Positions 47,177 to 56,883 of a DNA stretch of 56,883 nucleotides are shown piece after piece. The notes below the pieces were generated by a model. That model did not search any database, was not told where the DNA came from, and worked only from the letters and a program-made list of their open reading frames with translations. The DNA is from a virus (lineage: Duplodnaviria; Caudoviricetes). The stretch is from positions 1-56,883 of the IMG/VR virus record IMGVR_UViG_3300033156_001123, one strand, 5' to 3'. Within the stretch, counting starts at the first letter, position 1, and each line of letters begins with the position of its first letter. Both the position numbers and the translations under genes were made by a program.

Positions 47177-47392
47177 TCATTTTTTAGCCTTATACTTTCC
47201 TTCTCCTCGTTCAATTATCCGCAGACCCGTAAGGTATCCTCGCTTGGTTACAAGAAGCTCAACAAGATACTTTTCTGTCTGCCCGATAGAAGGTGCATAG
47301 TAAGGTCTGGTTTTAGTAAGAGTAATCTCCAAGCAAGCTTCGTGTGCATCTCCTTTCACCTTTATTGGTTTCATTTTCCATACGTGCTTCAT
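47177..47392 (-). CDS. hypothetical protein
   Basis: ATGA-coupled to the upstream gene. Confidence 0.55.
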   Translation of the reverse strand: MKHVWKMKPIKVKGDAHEACLEITLTKTRPYYAPSIGQTEKYLVELLVTKRGYLTGLRIIERGEGKYKAKK

Positions 47393-47862
47393 TGCCCTAT
47401 CTCCTCACCCAATCTGATAATTGCTCTCATCACTGCTTCCTGACGAGTCTTGCCTCTTACAGAAGGGAATTTATCCTCCTCGTTTTTAATTATTCGGCAA
47501 TTCCACTGTTTATACCAATTATCCCACCAAAGAATTACATAATACCCCAGTCCCTCCATAATCTTCTCCAGTTTCTCCCAGTGGAGGAGGGGAATAAGAT
47601 TTTTCTTAGATTGCCAAGATAAAGTGTGATTAATTAAAACTTGCACCATCTCTTCAATTTCCTTATCAACTAGAAGGATTAAAGATGTAGATTTTTGATT
47701 ATTAATAATACACCATTCCCCAACTTTTGGCTTCCACTCCCAATCTCTCCCCTTAGCCTTCGCAATTTTTTTAATAGCCTCATAAACCTTTGGGGCAAGT
47801 TCTATTTCGGTTTTGGTGAACATTTTTTGCTCCTTATTATTTTTTCTAATCTTTCTTTCCAA
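47389..47862 (-). CDS. hypothetical phage protein
   Basis: WKPKVGEW...GKTRQEAVMRA. Confidence 0.65.
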   Translation of the reverse strand: MERKIRKNNKEQKMFTKTEIELAPKVYEAIKKIAKAKGRDWEWKPKVGEWCIINNQKSTSLILLVDKEIEEMVQVLINHTLSWQSKKNLIPLLHWEKLEKIMEGLGYYVILWWDNWYKQWNCRIIKNEEDKFPSVRGKTRQEAVMRAIIRLGEEIGQ

Positions 47863-48302
47863 TCTGTTATCTCGCTTACCAAATCATACTCATCATAATC
47901 TTCTGCTTCCCATCGGCACAAGGCATCTTCCATCTCATCAATTATTTCTTCGAGCTCAGTTTTGCCTATTATGATGAACATTTGATTACCTCCTCTAAAT
48001 TCTTTAGTCCTTTCTTCAAACCTCTAAAATCAAAAAACCATTTAACCTTCCATCCTTCCCCGCATATACAAAACCAATCAGGGATATCTTCTACATCTAT
48101 AACCGGGACTTCGCTCCAGTTTAGTTCGGTGGACATTTGGTTATCTCCTTAATATCTACATATCTCTCAATTACTGCTCCGTCCCATTTAAATTCCCTAA
48201 TAATAAATCCATTAATTGTCTGTTCAATCTCATCTTCACCGATCTTTATTGACATTTTTCCTCCTATAAATTATATAAACCACGTAATTACCCAGCCCAT
48301 TA

Positions 48303-48668
48303 TCATTCACGTCCTTTTTTCAATAACTCAGGATTCTGATAAATATTCCCAATCACAATAAGTGGATTATAATTCGCTAATTCATACAAATATTCATCTT
48401 CCCATATTTTTTGAGGATTATGAGCCATCCAAGCCAGTTTTTCTTTTGACCAAATTACATACCAAACAGAACCGCGCAGATAGAAATCAAGAATATCTCC
48501 TTCATAAATTTCTTTTCCATTTTTATCCTTGAGCCCTGTATACTGCATAATCACACCATTAATCTGTCCATCTTCAATAGTATAAAATAATTCACTTAAA
48601 CCAAATTTATCAGAATAAAACATTCGCTTTACTTGTTTATCCCAAGCTCTAAATTTGATTGGTCTCAT
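48303..48668 (-). CDS. YopX family protein
   Basis: IKFRAWDK, MQYTGLKDKNGKEIYEGDI, VIGNIYQNPELL. Confidence 0.95.
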   Translation of the reverse strand: MRPIKFRAWDKQVKRMFYSDKFGLSELFYTIEDGQINGVIMQYTGLKDKNGKEIYEGDILDFYLRGSVWYVIWSKEKLAWMAHNPQKIWEDEYLYELANYNPLIVIGNIYQNPELLKKGRE

Positions 48669-48779
48669 TCTTATCTCTTCTTCTTTTTATCGCTAAAGCT
48701 GAACAGAAGCAGCGACAATGCTGATTTAAGCCAGAGCATTTCGCTCACAGCATCCTCTGCATACATACTGCACCTCTTA

Positions 48780-49010
48780 TTATTTATTTTCTTTCTTTTT
48801 AATAGCCATCAATATCCTTGCTCTCCCTTCTGCCATTCTAAATTTATCATATAATTCATTATAATTAACGGGATTCACAAGAGAATACAAGCTCTCAGTA
48901 CAATTAACATAATTCAAAAATTCCTCAAGTTCATCCACTGATAAATTATCAATATGTTTAAAAGCTTCATTAATTTTAATTGCTATTTTCAATAATCTTT
49001 GTATATCCAT
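48780..49010 (-). CDS. hypothetical protein
   Basis: AGGAG RBS. Confidence 0.6.
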   Translation of the reverse strand: MDIQRLLKIAIKINEAFKHIDNLSVDELEEFLNYVNCTESLYSLVNPVNYNELYDKFRMAEGRARILMAIKKKENK

Positions 49011-49045
49011 TAATACTCCTCTCTTATAAATTATCTTCCATAAAG

Positions 49046-49261
49046 TTAAAAAGCTGAATTTAGCTCTTCTAAAATCTCTGCAGCCACTTCAAATTCACCC
49101 TCTCTACACCTTGCACGAGCAAAGAACCATTTTTGCATTTGCTTCTCAAACTCATCCCAATAGGTAGATGCAAGAAAATCTTCTCCTTTATTGAATTCTG
49201 CCCCTGTTAATATTTCTTGAAGAGTCCATTTTAGTTTTTCTAAAACTTGATCTTCTCTCAT
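49046..49261 (-). CDS. hypothetical protein
   Basis: abuts the upstream gene; RBS present. Confidence 0.6.
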   Translation of the reverse strand: MREDQVLEKLKWTLQEILTGAEFNKGEDFLASTYWDEFEKQMQKWFFARARCREGEFEVAAEILEELNSAF

Positions 49262-49450
49262 TTAATATCTCCTAAGATTCCCAAACTTTTCTTCTTTTAT
49301 TATTTCTCTCAGTCTCTCCTTCCAGCCAACCAGTATAGCTAACAGCTCCCAATCGGACTGAGTATGACCATAATCTATTCTCCATTTTTGTATAATACTT
49401 TCCATTTCACCAATTATTTTATTAATTTCATTTAAATAATTAATCTTCAC
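49262..49450 (-). CDS. hypothetical protein
   Basis: 62 aa in the tightly packed accessory block. Confidence 0.55.
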   Translation of the reverse strand: MKINYLNEINKIIGEMESIIQKWRIDYGHTQSDWELLAILVGWKERLREIIKEEKFGNLRRY

Positions 49451-49515
49451 TTCCTACAAAACATCTCCTTCATCCCTAATCTTTATCTCCATTCTTAAAC
49501 TTTCTTCAATAATAT

Positions 49516-49725
49516 TCATCCTAATCCTCCAATCAGCTCCCATATGATAGATCCGCAAAAAATGAATATTATAACTGCAAGAAAAAACATAATTCCTATT
49601 ATTACTTTTTCAGCTTTATCGGGTCTATCCTTCAATATAAGTATTCCCAATACCATTGCAAAAATTCCTGGTATCAACAACATCCCCAAACCAAGAATTG
49701 CTTCAGGGATTTCTTTTAATGTCAT
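49516..49725 (-). CDS. small two-TM membrane protein
   Basis: two hydrophobic helices separated by KDRPDKAEK. Confidence 0.65.
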   Translation of the reverse strand: MTLKEIPEAILGLGMLLIPGIFAMVLGILILKDRPDKAEKVIIGIMFFLAVIIFIFCGSIIWELIGGLG

Positions 49726-49776
49726 TCTTTTCCTTTTTTATAGAGATTAAACTCTCATCCTTTCTTTACACTCGCT

Positions 49777-50076
49777 TTATCCATAAAATCTTGCTATAAA
49801 ATCTTGTAGCTCTTTTTTCATATGTTCCAATAGCTCACTTAGAGTTTTCAATATTTCATCCAAATTCATTCCTTCTAATACTTCCTGAGAAATACAAAAA
49901 TGGACATCAGTATATTCTGAGATAATTTCAATTATCCTCTCTTTAAGACTAAGCTCAGTGGTAGACCACAAAAAATTCGCCTCTTCTGCTTCTTGAACTT
50001 CTTGCTCTTCCAAATCAAACTCTTTGAGACCTATTGGTTCATTCATTAAAGCTTCAAAGCTATCATAATATCTCAT
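49777..50076 (-). CDS. acidic hypothetical protein
   Basis: follows the RNase HII gene; Glu-rich. Confidence 0.65.
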   Translation of the reverse strand: MRYYDSFEALMNEPIGLKEFDLEEQEVQEAEEANFLWSTTELSLKERIIEIISEYTDVHFCISQEVLEGMNLDEILKTLSELLEHMKKELQDFIARFYG

Positions 50077-50079
50077 TTT

Positions 50080-50730
50080 TTATCCTTTACCTAAAATTCT
50101 CTGCCACCAATCTTTAGCGTAGCCTGACCTGTGTACTGGTGATAAACCTCTTGCTCTCAGTGCTAATTTGTGTTCGGTACTGAGACTGCCATGATTATGA
50201 TTTAATCCATAGCCAGGCCAATTTTTGTTCCAGCCTTCAAATAGAGCATCCACATATACCTTAGCCACAATGCTTGCAGCTCCTATTAAGTAAGATTGTT
50301 CGTCTCCATTGACAATAAACATTAACTTACTATCAGGTATATTTGTATGATTAGCGAACTTTTTACCATCAATTAAAAATTTCTCAATTATTACCCCCCT
50401 TGAAATAGCTATTCTATATAACATTTCCATTGCCATCGCTGTTGCCCAAATTCTTGAACTATACAAGCCCATATTATTGATTAGATTCACATTAGCAGGC
50501 ACCACCACTACCAATCCTTTTTTTAATATGCGAGCAAATAGCTGTTTTCTCCTCTCTGGAATTAATTTTTTGCTATCATTAATCCCTCTGATTCTATTTC
50601 CTTTATCCAGAGGGAGCCAAACAGCTGCCACAACACAATCGCCAGCCAAGCTGGTACAATAATTTACCTCATCAACACCAGCTGCAATTTTATATTTAAA
50701 ATCCTCATTAAATTCAATCTTTTTCTTCAT
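50080..50730 (-). CDS. rnhB: RNase HII-like nuclease
   Basis: AGVDEV, INDSKKL, LIDG, GAASIVAKV, PVHR. Confidence 0.8.
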   Translation of the reverse strand: MKKKIEFNEDFKYKIAAGVDEVNYCTSLAGDCVVAAVWLPLDKGNRIRGINDSKKLIPERRKQLFARILKKGLVVVVPANVNLINNMGLYSSRIWATAMAMEMLYRIAISRGVIIEKFLIDGKKFANHTNIPDSKLMFIVNGDEQSYLIGAASIVAKVYVDALFEGWNKNWPGYGLNHNHGSLSTEHKLALRARGLSPVHRSGYAKDWWQRILGKG

Positions 50731-52621
50731 TAATCACACTCTCCCCATTTCTTTTCATTACTACCATCACATCATTAAAATATTCTTTCAGACCTTCATC
50801 ATGGCTGATAACAAAAACTCTACAGCCATTTAAAGATTCTTCATACAAAAGTTCCATAGCTCTTTCTATTCCTGATTCATCAAGCACATCAAAAATTTCA
50901 TCACAAAATAAGATTCCAAGATCCTTGTCAGACCTACTTTTAACAAGATCCCTCAATGCCATCAGAATAGATAAATCAACTTTTCTTTTTTCACCACCAC
51001 TCAACTTCTTATAGCTTCTTTCTTCTCCATCATATTCAATCCTTACCTCAAACTTATCTCTCAATTCTCCCGATTTTAATCGGCTCTGAGTACTAAGATA
51101 TACTTGTATCAAGCCATCAGTCAACACTTTGCTATAATAGTTAGTCCTCTCATTCAAAAATGGCACTACACAATCAAATATAAAGCTCTTTAAACCCTTA
51201 TTGCCAAACCCTTCTACCCAAAATTGATAATATTTAAGTTCTTCTCCTAATCTTTCACAATTCTCTTTTAACTCTTTAAGTTCTCTTTTTTCATCAAATA
51301 ACTGACTCTCAGTTTGTTCAATTAACTTAGTATATGGATTAGAAACTCTCTGTTCCCTTAATTCATTAATCTCTTCATTAAGCCTTTCTTTTAACTTCAT
51401 ACACTCACTTATCTCCAAAGAAACCTGATCCATCATAGACATTAATTCTCTATGTTCATCTACCAGTTCAAAACAATACTTCAAATCCTTTTTCTTGCTA
51501 TTTAGCTCCTCATACTTCTCCCTAAGCTCTTTTTCAATCTTTCCAACCATTAATCTATTCTTTTCTATTCTTTCATTGATATCATCATAATCCTTCTTTA
51601 ATCTCTTAATATGATCTTCAAGCTTATCTCCAGTGAGAGACTGTCCACAAAATGGACATTCAGCTCCACCTTTAAAATCCTGAACAGTTTGAATACGATC
51701 ACCCAATTCTCTACGATCACTTTTAAGCAAACCATTTGTTGCCTCAAGCTTAGCTCTCTTCTCTTCATTAGTAGCAATCACAGATTCAAGCTCTTTTATA
51801 GACTTTTCAATTGTTTCTCTTTTAACAATAGCATTTTTAATCACATGAGCCTTTTTCTTAATTGACAACTTCTTTTCTTTTAAAGATTCAACTACAATAT
51901 CTATCTCAGAGATCTTCGCTTTTTTATCTTCAATTTTTCTCCTCTGTTCATTCAACCAATTTCCCTTATCAGCTTTCAATCTCTCTATCCTAACTTCTGA
52001 TTCTTTTACAATACCTTCCAGCACAGCAATCTTACCAGAGAACTCACCAATTTCATTTTTCAGCTTATTAACTTTTTGCTTTGCCAGATTTTGATAAATT
52101 GGAAACTGGTCAAAGCCCAAAGCCTTTTCTATTATCTGTTTCTGTTCTTTATCTGTCAATGAGGCAAAAAATTGGATTGAACCTTGAGGAAAAACAACTG
52201 AGTTAATAAAAATCTGATAATTCATCCCTATAATTTGTTCAATCAGTTTTTCAGTCTCAGCAACTGATGATTTAGAAATATCTTTGCCATTCTGAAAAAC
52301 TGCTAAAGTATTTCCTTCCTTTGTTTTTCTACCTCTAACAATTTTATAGTTAGTTGAACCATCAGTAAGATCTAACACAACTTTACAATTTTTTCCTGCT
52401 TTTTCATTAATCACATCATCATACTCAGCTCCTCTAACTGTCCTACCAAATAGACACCAGCATATAGCTTCAAAAATAGCAGATTTACCAGCACCATTAC
52501 TATCAGCACTTGAAGAATCTTCATTATCACCAATAATTAAACAGAAATTATGTTCATCAATATCTAACTCCTGCTGTTTATAGCTTAGAAAATTCTGAAT
52601 TTGAATCCTATTTACTTGCAT
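50714..52621 (-). CDS. Rad50/SbcC/gp46-like ATPase
   Basis: NGAGKS, CPFCG zinc hook, LSGGE, FCDEIFD, VISH. Confidence 0.95.
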   Translation of the reverse strand: MQVNRIQIQNFLSYKQQELDIDEHNFCLIIGDNEDSSSADSNGAGKSAIFEAICWCLFGRTVRGAEYDDVINEKAGKNCKVVLDLTDGSTNYKIVRGRKTKEGNTLAVFQNGKDISKSSVAETEKLIEQIIGMNYQIFINSVVFPQGSIQFFASLTDKEQKQIIEKALGFDQFPIYQNLAKQKVNKLKNEIGEFSGKIAVLEGIVKESEVRIERLKADKGNWLNEQRRKIEDKKAKISEIDIVVESLKEKKLSIKKKAHVIKNAIVKRETIEKSIKELESVIATNEEKRAKLEATNGLLKSDRRELGDRIQTVQDFKGGAECPFCGQSLTGDKLEDHIKRLKKDYDDINERIEKNRLMVGKIEKELREKYEELNSKKKDLKYCFELVDEHRELMSMMDQVSLEISECMKLKERLNEEINELREQRVSNPYTKLIEQTESQLFDEKRELKELKENCERLGEELKYYQFWVEGFGNKGLKSFIFDCVVPFLNERTNYYSKVLTDGLIQVYLSTQSRLKSGELRDKFEVRIEYDGEERSYKKLSGGEKRKVDLSILMALRDLVKSRSDKDLGILFCDEIFDVLDESGIERAMELLYEESLNGCRVFVISHDEGLKEYFNDVMVVMKRNGESVINEEKD

Positions 52622-53672
52622 TCGCTAACTCCAGACCTAACTTTATTAGTTTTTCTTTATCAAGATCTGTCTTAACTGCTTTAACATACTCGGCAATCAT
52701 ATCTTCCATTTTCATCTCAAGCTCAATATTAGCTCTTTTCTTTTCTTCAATCTTCGCAGTTTTTTCAATTACAACATACTTAGCTCCAAGTTCATACAAA
52801 GAATCTCTAATTTCCTTAATCTCAGATTCCTTAATCGCTGGAGGTAAAACTACTTTAACATAATTGTTCTCAAAATCTACATCTTTGTCTTCATTGCCAT
52901 CCAGTAATATAAATTTAGGAGTATGAGTTTCTATAAACTGATATTCTACTTTTGTATTCTTATCTCTCAATTCAATATCCCAAAAACCCTTATTATCATT
53001 TCTTTCTCCAAAATTTAACTGAAGAGGAGAACCTACATACAGAACATTTTCTCTCAATTTCTGGCTCTTGTGATAATGTCCAAGAAGAACTAAATCAAAC
53101 AGCTCTGGAAATAAATCCTTTAGCTCAATTTCATCTTTAAGTACATAGTGAGATAAACTACTAACTTCAGCTCCAGCCACTCCAGTATGTGCTATTAAGA
53201 TTCCTTGTTTCTTTTGTTTCTTACCTATCAATTCCAGCATAGCTTTCCTTCTTTCATCAGGGTTATCAATATAAGGTAAAGCATACACAGGAGTGAGTTT
53301 GTCCAGGAAAAACTTTTCAGGCTTATCAATGACATGAGCTATTTCACTGAATGGTTTAACTGAATGATATTCTCCTTTCTTAAGAAACTGGTCATGGTTG
53401 CCCACTAAAATATGAATTTCTACACCAGTTTCTTTAATTTTCTTCAATCTTTCATATACAAGATGATAAACTTCTATAGATACTTTTGTTCTGCTATTAA
53501 ACAAATCACCCAAAAACAAAAATGCTTCAATATCATCATTGCTAACTATATATTCCTCAATTTCATCTAAAACTCTTACACAGTCTAATAATCTGCTATT
53601 TAATCCATCAATAATTCGGGCAAATTGTGTATAGTTATGAACATGTAAATCTGCGGTCGCTATAAACCTCAT
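52608..53672 (-). CDS. Mre11/SbcD/gp47-like nuclease
   Basis: ADLH, GDLF, GNHD, GHYH, YVGSPLQ. Confidence 0.93.
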   Translation of the reverse strand: MRFIATADLHVHNYTQFARIIDGLNSRLLDCVRVLDEIEEYIVSNDDIEAFLFLGDLFNSRTKVSIEVYHLVYERLKKIKETGVEIHILVGNHDQFLKKGEYHSVKPFSEIAHVIDKPEKFFLDKLTPVYALPYIDNPDERRKAMLELIGKKQKKQGILIAHTGVAGAEVSSLSHYVLKDEIELKDLFPELFDLVLLGHYHKSQKLRENVLYVGSPLQLNFGERNDNKGFWDIELRDKNTKVEYQFIETHTPKFILLDGNEDKDVDFENNYVKVVLPPAIKESEIKEIRDSLYELGAKYVVIEKTAKIEEKKRANIELEMKMEDMIAEYVKAVKTDLDKEKLIKLGLELANASK

Positions 53673-53854
53673 TAATAGTCTCCATAATAATTTTCCCCAT
53701 CTAAATCATCAATACTAATTTCGTCTTTTTTAATTGCCATATAAACCCAATCATAAATTTTGACCACTTTTCTCCTTCTCAATAATCTAAAGACATTCAA
53801 CACACCTACCACATAACCAATAAACAAAAATAATAAACAAAGAGTTATTACCAA
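53672..53854 (-). CDS. small membrane protein
   Basis: N-terminal TM helix; AGGAG RBS. Confidence 0.55.
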   Translation of the reverse strand: MVITLCLLFLFIGYVVGVLNVFRLLRRRKVVKIYDWVYMAIKKDEISIDDLDGENYYGDY

Positions 53855-53996
53855 AATTTAGCTCCTTTCAGATCCTCTTTATCAGCTTTAACTACTTTTT
53901 CAAGATCTTCTTCAATCACCAAAATTCCTGTATCTAATTCCTTATAAATAGCTTTACCTGTCTTAGTTTTGCCCACTTGCTTATACCTCTTTTTAC

Positions 53997-54527
53997 TCAT
54001 ATTTCTCTCCTCAATTTAATATATCTTAGCATATCAGCTGACCAGCTTTTAAACAAATCTGATAATAAACCAATAACAAATTTATTCCTTTCACCAAATT
54101 CATTAACCCGCTCAAAATACAATTGCTTTCCTACTAAATGATTACTAAAGTCCTCAATTTTTAATATGTCCTCATATGACATCATATAAAAATCTGGACA
54201 ATAATTCTTCGTGAAAATCAATAAAGGAATTTTACCACTTTCTAAAGCGTCATTTTCACATTGTTTCCAATATTTCATTATTTCATTCTTTTCTCTGAAT
54301 AAATCTTCAAACTTCCAGCTCTGTCTATTTTTGCATTCAAGATGAAAAGGAAAATCTGGATCCACAGTTACACCATCACCTTTCCAATGAGACCCGCCAC
54401 TTATTGGAGTTCTATATATTGGCTTGCCCCACCACTTTGTCAACAACTTACAAATCTTTCGTTCATAATTACCACCCTTAATGCGACTATATTTAGCAAC
54501 TTGTGATTTAGTTCTCTTCTTCTTCAC
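53997..54527 (-). CDS. Holliday junction resolvase (PD-(D/E)XK)
   Basis: KGGNYER...RTPISGG...GD...LECKN. Confidence 0.85.
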   Translation of the reverse strand: MKKKRTKSQVAKYSRIKGGNYERKICKLLTKWWGKPIYRTPISGGSHWKGDGVTVDPDFPFHLECKNRQSWKFEDLFREKNEIMKYWKQCENDALESGKIPLLIFTKNYCPDFYMMSYEDILKIEDFSNHLVGKQLYFERVNEFGERNKFVIGLLSDLFKSWSADMLRYIKLRREI

Positions 54528-55510
54528 CTAAGCACCTCTTTTATTAACTCTGAATTCTGCTGAATAAAATTCGGAAAATCTTTTCTCCTAAATTTCTCTT
54601 CTTCTTTATCTTTAAAATACCACCATCCACCTTTATTCTCCACAATTCCCTCTTTAAATAAATGCTCTAATAAACCACTATATTCTGGAATGCCAATATC
54701 GTAGTACATTTCGAACTCCACTTCTCTAAATGGTGGAGCAATTTTATTTTTTACTACTTCCAATTTGCCATATTGGCCGACCACCTTACCTTTTTCATTC
54801 TTAATTTTATTGCCACTTTTTAGCATTACTCTAATACTACTATGGAATTCTGGAGCCTTACCTCCACTGGTTATCCAAGTTTTACCATAAACAACTCCAA
54901 TTTTTTTTCTTAACTGATTAATAAACATTAAAGCTATATTTTTATCAGAGATATTTATCATCAATCTTCTTAACCCTTGACCAATTAATCTGGCTCTTAT
55001 ACCCATTTCCTGAAAACCAACGCCTTTCTTCATTTCTTCTTCGCTGGTTGTAGCTGCTATACTGTCCCAAACTATCCCCACTAAACCTTCAGGAAATTTT
55101 TTCCTAATTTCATTTATAACTGTGTCCAATACTTGAAAAACTTTTTCAATTGTTTGTGGTTTAAAATATAGCAATTTCGTATAATCCAAACCTATATTCT
55201 CTGCCATGTTTTCTGAAAAACTGCTTTCACTATCCAAAAATACTGCAATGCCATCTCTTTTCTGCACTTCTCTCAAAAATTGCATCCCGATAAGAGTTTT
55301 ACCTGTACTGAAATCACCAAAAAATTCACTTAATCGGCCAATTGGTATACCCCCACCTAAAGCCCAATCAATCACCTTAACACCAGTGCTAATGAACTTA
55401 ACTTTTTTCAGTTTCCTAATTGGCTCATTACCAAGTTTTTCTTCTACATCCTTAATTATTGATGTAACTAAATCAGAGTCTAATGACTTTTTAGGTCTTC
55501 TTTTGTGCAT
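54524..55510 (-). CDS. phage RecA/UvsX-like recombinase
   Basis: GGGIPIGR, GDFSTGKT, WDSIAA, FINQLR, SGGKA, KNKIAPPF. Confidence 0.95.
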   Translation of the reverse strand: MHKRRPKKSLDSDLVTSIIKDVEEKLGNEPIRKLKKVKFISTGVKVIDWALGGGIPIGRLSEFFGDFSTGKTLIGMQFLREVQKRDGIAVFLDSESSFSENMAENIGLDYTKLLYFKPQTIEKVFQVLDTVINEIRKKFPEGLVGIVWDSIAATTSEEEMKKGVGFQEMGIRARLIGQGLRRLMINISDKNIALMFINQLRKKIGVVYGKTWITSGGKAPEFHSSIRVMLKSGNKIKNEKGKVVGQYGKLEVVKNKIAPPFREVEFEMYYDIGIPEYSGLLEHLFKEGIVENKGGWWYFKDKEEEKFRRKDFPNFIQQNSELIKEVLR

Positions 55511-56471
55511 TTCTTAATTTCCTCATAATCCTTTCTTTAATATCCTTTGGAGATGCTGTTTCTGTTTTTTCCACAGATTTTTCTGATTGACTTTCAAATT
55601 TACATTTATCCTTCACTGGACAGGCTTGACAAGCTCCATCACTATCGTCAAATGTGCCAAAACATCTGGGTTTTGTTTCAACTTCAGTAGCATCAGTTTC
55701 AATTTTAGATTTTTCCTCAGCTTTCTCAATTTCTGCCTTAGGCTCAGTTTCTTCCGCTTCATCAGCTGGTTCAGCTTTCTCAATTTCATTAATTTCTTCA
55801 TTAGGTTCTTCTTCCAAAGATGCGCCAGACAAAATAGCTGCCAATTCTTCATAACTATATCTCTTAACCAATATATTCAGGTCTACACATTTCTCTTTCC
55901 AGTCTTTAATGCCAATTGGTGTTTTTTTACCAACAGGCATAACCGAATATTTAACATTCCGCTTATTTTTAGGATTCACACGTTTATTAATCACTATATC
56001 AACCCCTTCCTCAGGATCAACAAGCGTTTTAAAGTATTCTGGATATGAAAAAATACCCAGAATATCAAAAAAAACTGTTTGTGGTGCGTTATAAACTTTA
56101 ATTTGGCCATCTGAGCGATCTACAATATTCATAATATACTGAACTTTAGCTCTCATACTATTAGCTAATCTTATATCATCTCGATTTTTAGATTCATACA
56201 GCTCTTTCACCATCTGACAAATTGGACAAACACTATCTGGATCTTTCTTTTGGTCTTGTTTTAAGCAAGTAAACTTTCGTCTGCCTTCTTCAGTATCTAC
56301 CCAATGAACCCAAGCCTCAACATAAAAAGTCATATCATCGCTAATTGGAGGTAAAATACGAATTACATTGTCTCCACTTTCAGGACTATACCAGATAATA
56401 TCTCCAGAACCTGAGCTTTCCAGATCAGCAGCTATCTCATTCCTTTTTTTCTTAATATCTTCAATATTCAT
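55491..56471 (-). CDS. gp32-like single-stranded DNA-binding protein
   Basis: GDNVIRILPP, HW...C...CPIC, DPEEGVDIVI; acidic linker; Cys4 tail. Confidence 0.8.
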   Translation of the reverse strand: MNIEDIKKKRNEIAADLESSGSGDIIWYSPESGDNVIRILPPISDDMTFYVEAWVHWVDTEEGRRKFTCLKQDQKKDPDSVCPICQMVKELYESKNRDDIRLANSMRAKVQYIMNIVDRSDGQIKVYNAPQTVFFDILGIFSYPEYFKTLVDPEEGVDIVINKRVNPKNKRNVKYSVMPVGKKTPIGIKDWKEKCVDLNILVKRYSYEELAAILSGASLEEEPNEEINEIEKAEPADEAEETEPKAEIEKAEEKSKIETDATEVETKPRCFGTFDDSDGACQACPVKDKCKFESQSEKSVEKTETASPKDIKERIMRKLRNAQKKT

Positions 56472-56883
56472 TTGCCTGCCTCCTTATATTTTTTAACATA
56501 TTGTTTATTTTTTCCTTTTTAATTGATAACTCTGTATCAAATTCTTCTCTTAAATTAGCTGCCAAAGAAATTAACATATCTTTCCTCTGAGCAAACGCTT
56601 CCTTAATTACTCGAGCAATTCTTTCCTGATTTTTTAATTCTCTATATTTTTCATTTACATTGATTAAATTCTTAATTTTGGCTTCTGTTATTTTTTCTCC
56701 AGAAGCTTCTGCTGATTTTCTAATTTCACTATCCAATTTCCCTTCTTCAGTATCGACCAAATCTTTAGCTACTGCATGGACAACTCCCCACCAAGCAAAT
56801 TTTGCAGGCTGTTTAGCCAATTCTTCATTCAGATTTGATAGATCGATCTGTAGCTCTTTAGTAATATCTCCATCATAAGTCTT
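56461..56883 (-). CDS. UvsY-like recombination mediator (5' end outside the window)
   Basis: frame open to the edge (…ELQIDLSNLNEELAKQPAKF); KITEAKI, AFAQRKDMLISL. Confidence 0.7.
   Translation of the reverse strand, partial: KTYDGDITKELQIDLSNLNEELAKQPAKFAWWGVVHAVAKDLVDTEEGKLDSEIRKSAEASGEKITEAKIKNLINVNEKYRELKNQERIARVIKEAFAQRKDMLISLAANLREEFDTELSIKKEKINNMLKNIRRQANEY

Noticed and set aside
1-56883. Archaeal host (GGAGGTGA-type RBS); tRNA, integrase or DGR elements
   Set aside because: The sigma70 promoter, 3D domain and RecA-type recombinase favour bacteria; no tRNA, integrase or reverse transcriptase was recognised by eye

Overview
The window is a 57-kb piece of an AT-rich, long-tailed (siphovirus-like) bacteriophage or prophage genome. 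Essentially all real genes lie on the minus strand. Reading 56883->1, the order is: T4-like recombination/repair block (UvsY-like, gp32-like SSB, RecA/UvsX, resolvase, Mre11/Rad50, RNase HII); small accessory ORFs; terminase (TerL split into ATPase and nuclease genes); portal; MuF with a JAB-like tail; two DNA methyltransferases; a 938-aa multi-enzyme ligase protein; T4 gp21-type prohead protease/scaffold; capsid; neck; tail tube; chaperones; tape measure; baseplate. A sigma70-type promoter and a 3D-domain muralytic enzyme point to a bacterial host. Three things stand out. (1) A ~17.7-kb glycan-synthesis locus is interleaved with the neck and tail genes: a full GDP-heptose pathway, an NDP-rhamnose pathway, seven glycosyltransferases, methyltransferases and a GT-radical SAM fusion. 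This suggests self-sufficient virion glycosylation. (2) There are several translational recoding signals the ORF track misses: a candidate 10-nt ribosomal bypass (GGC-UGA-AAAA-GGC behind an 18-bp hairpin) in a glycosyltransferase, a prfB-like +1 frameshift in the tail chaperone, and two -1 slippery sites with 3' stems. (3) The ligase protein looks like a head-packaged polyprotein, with prohead-protease-type cleavage motifs at its domain boundaries. All family calls come from motif recognition by eye, not database searches.
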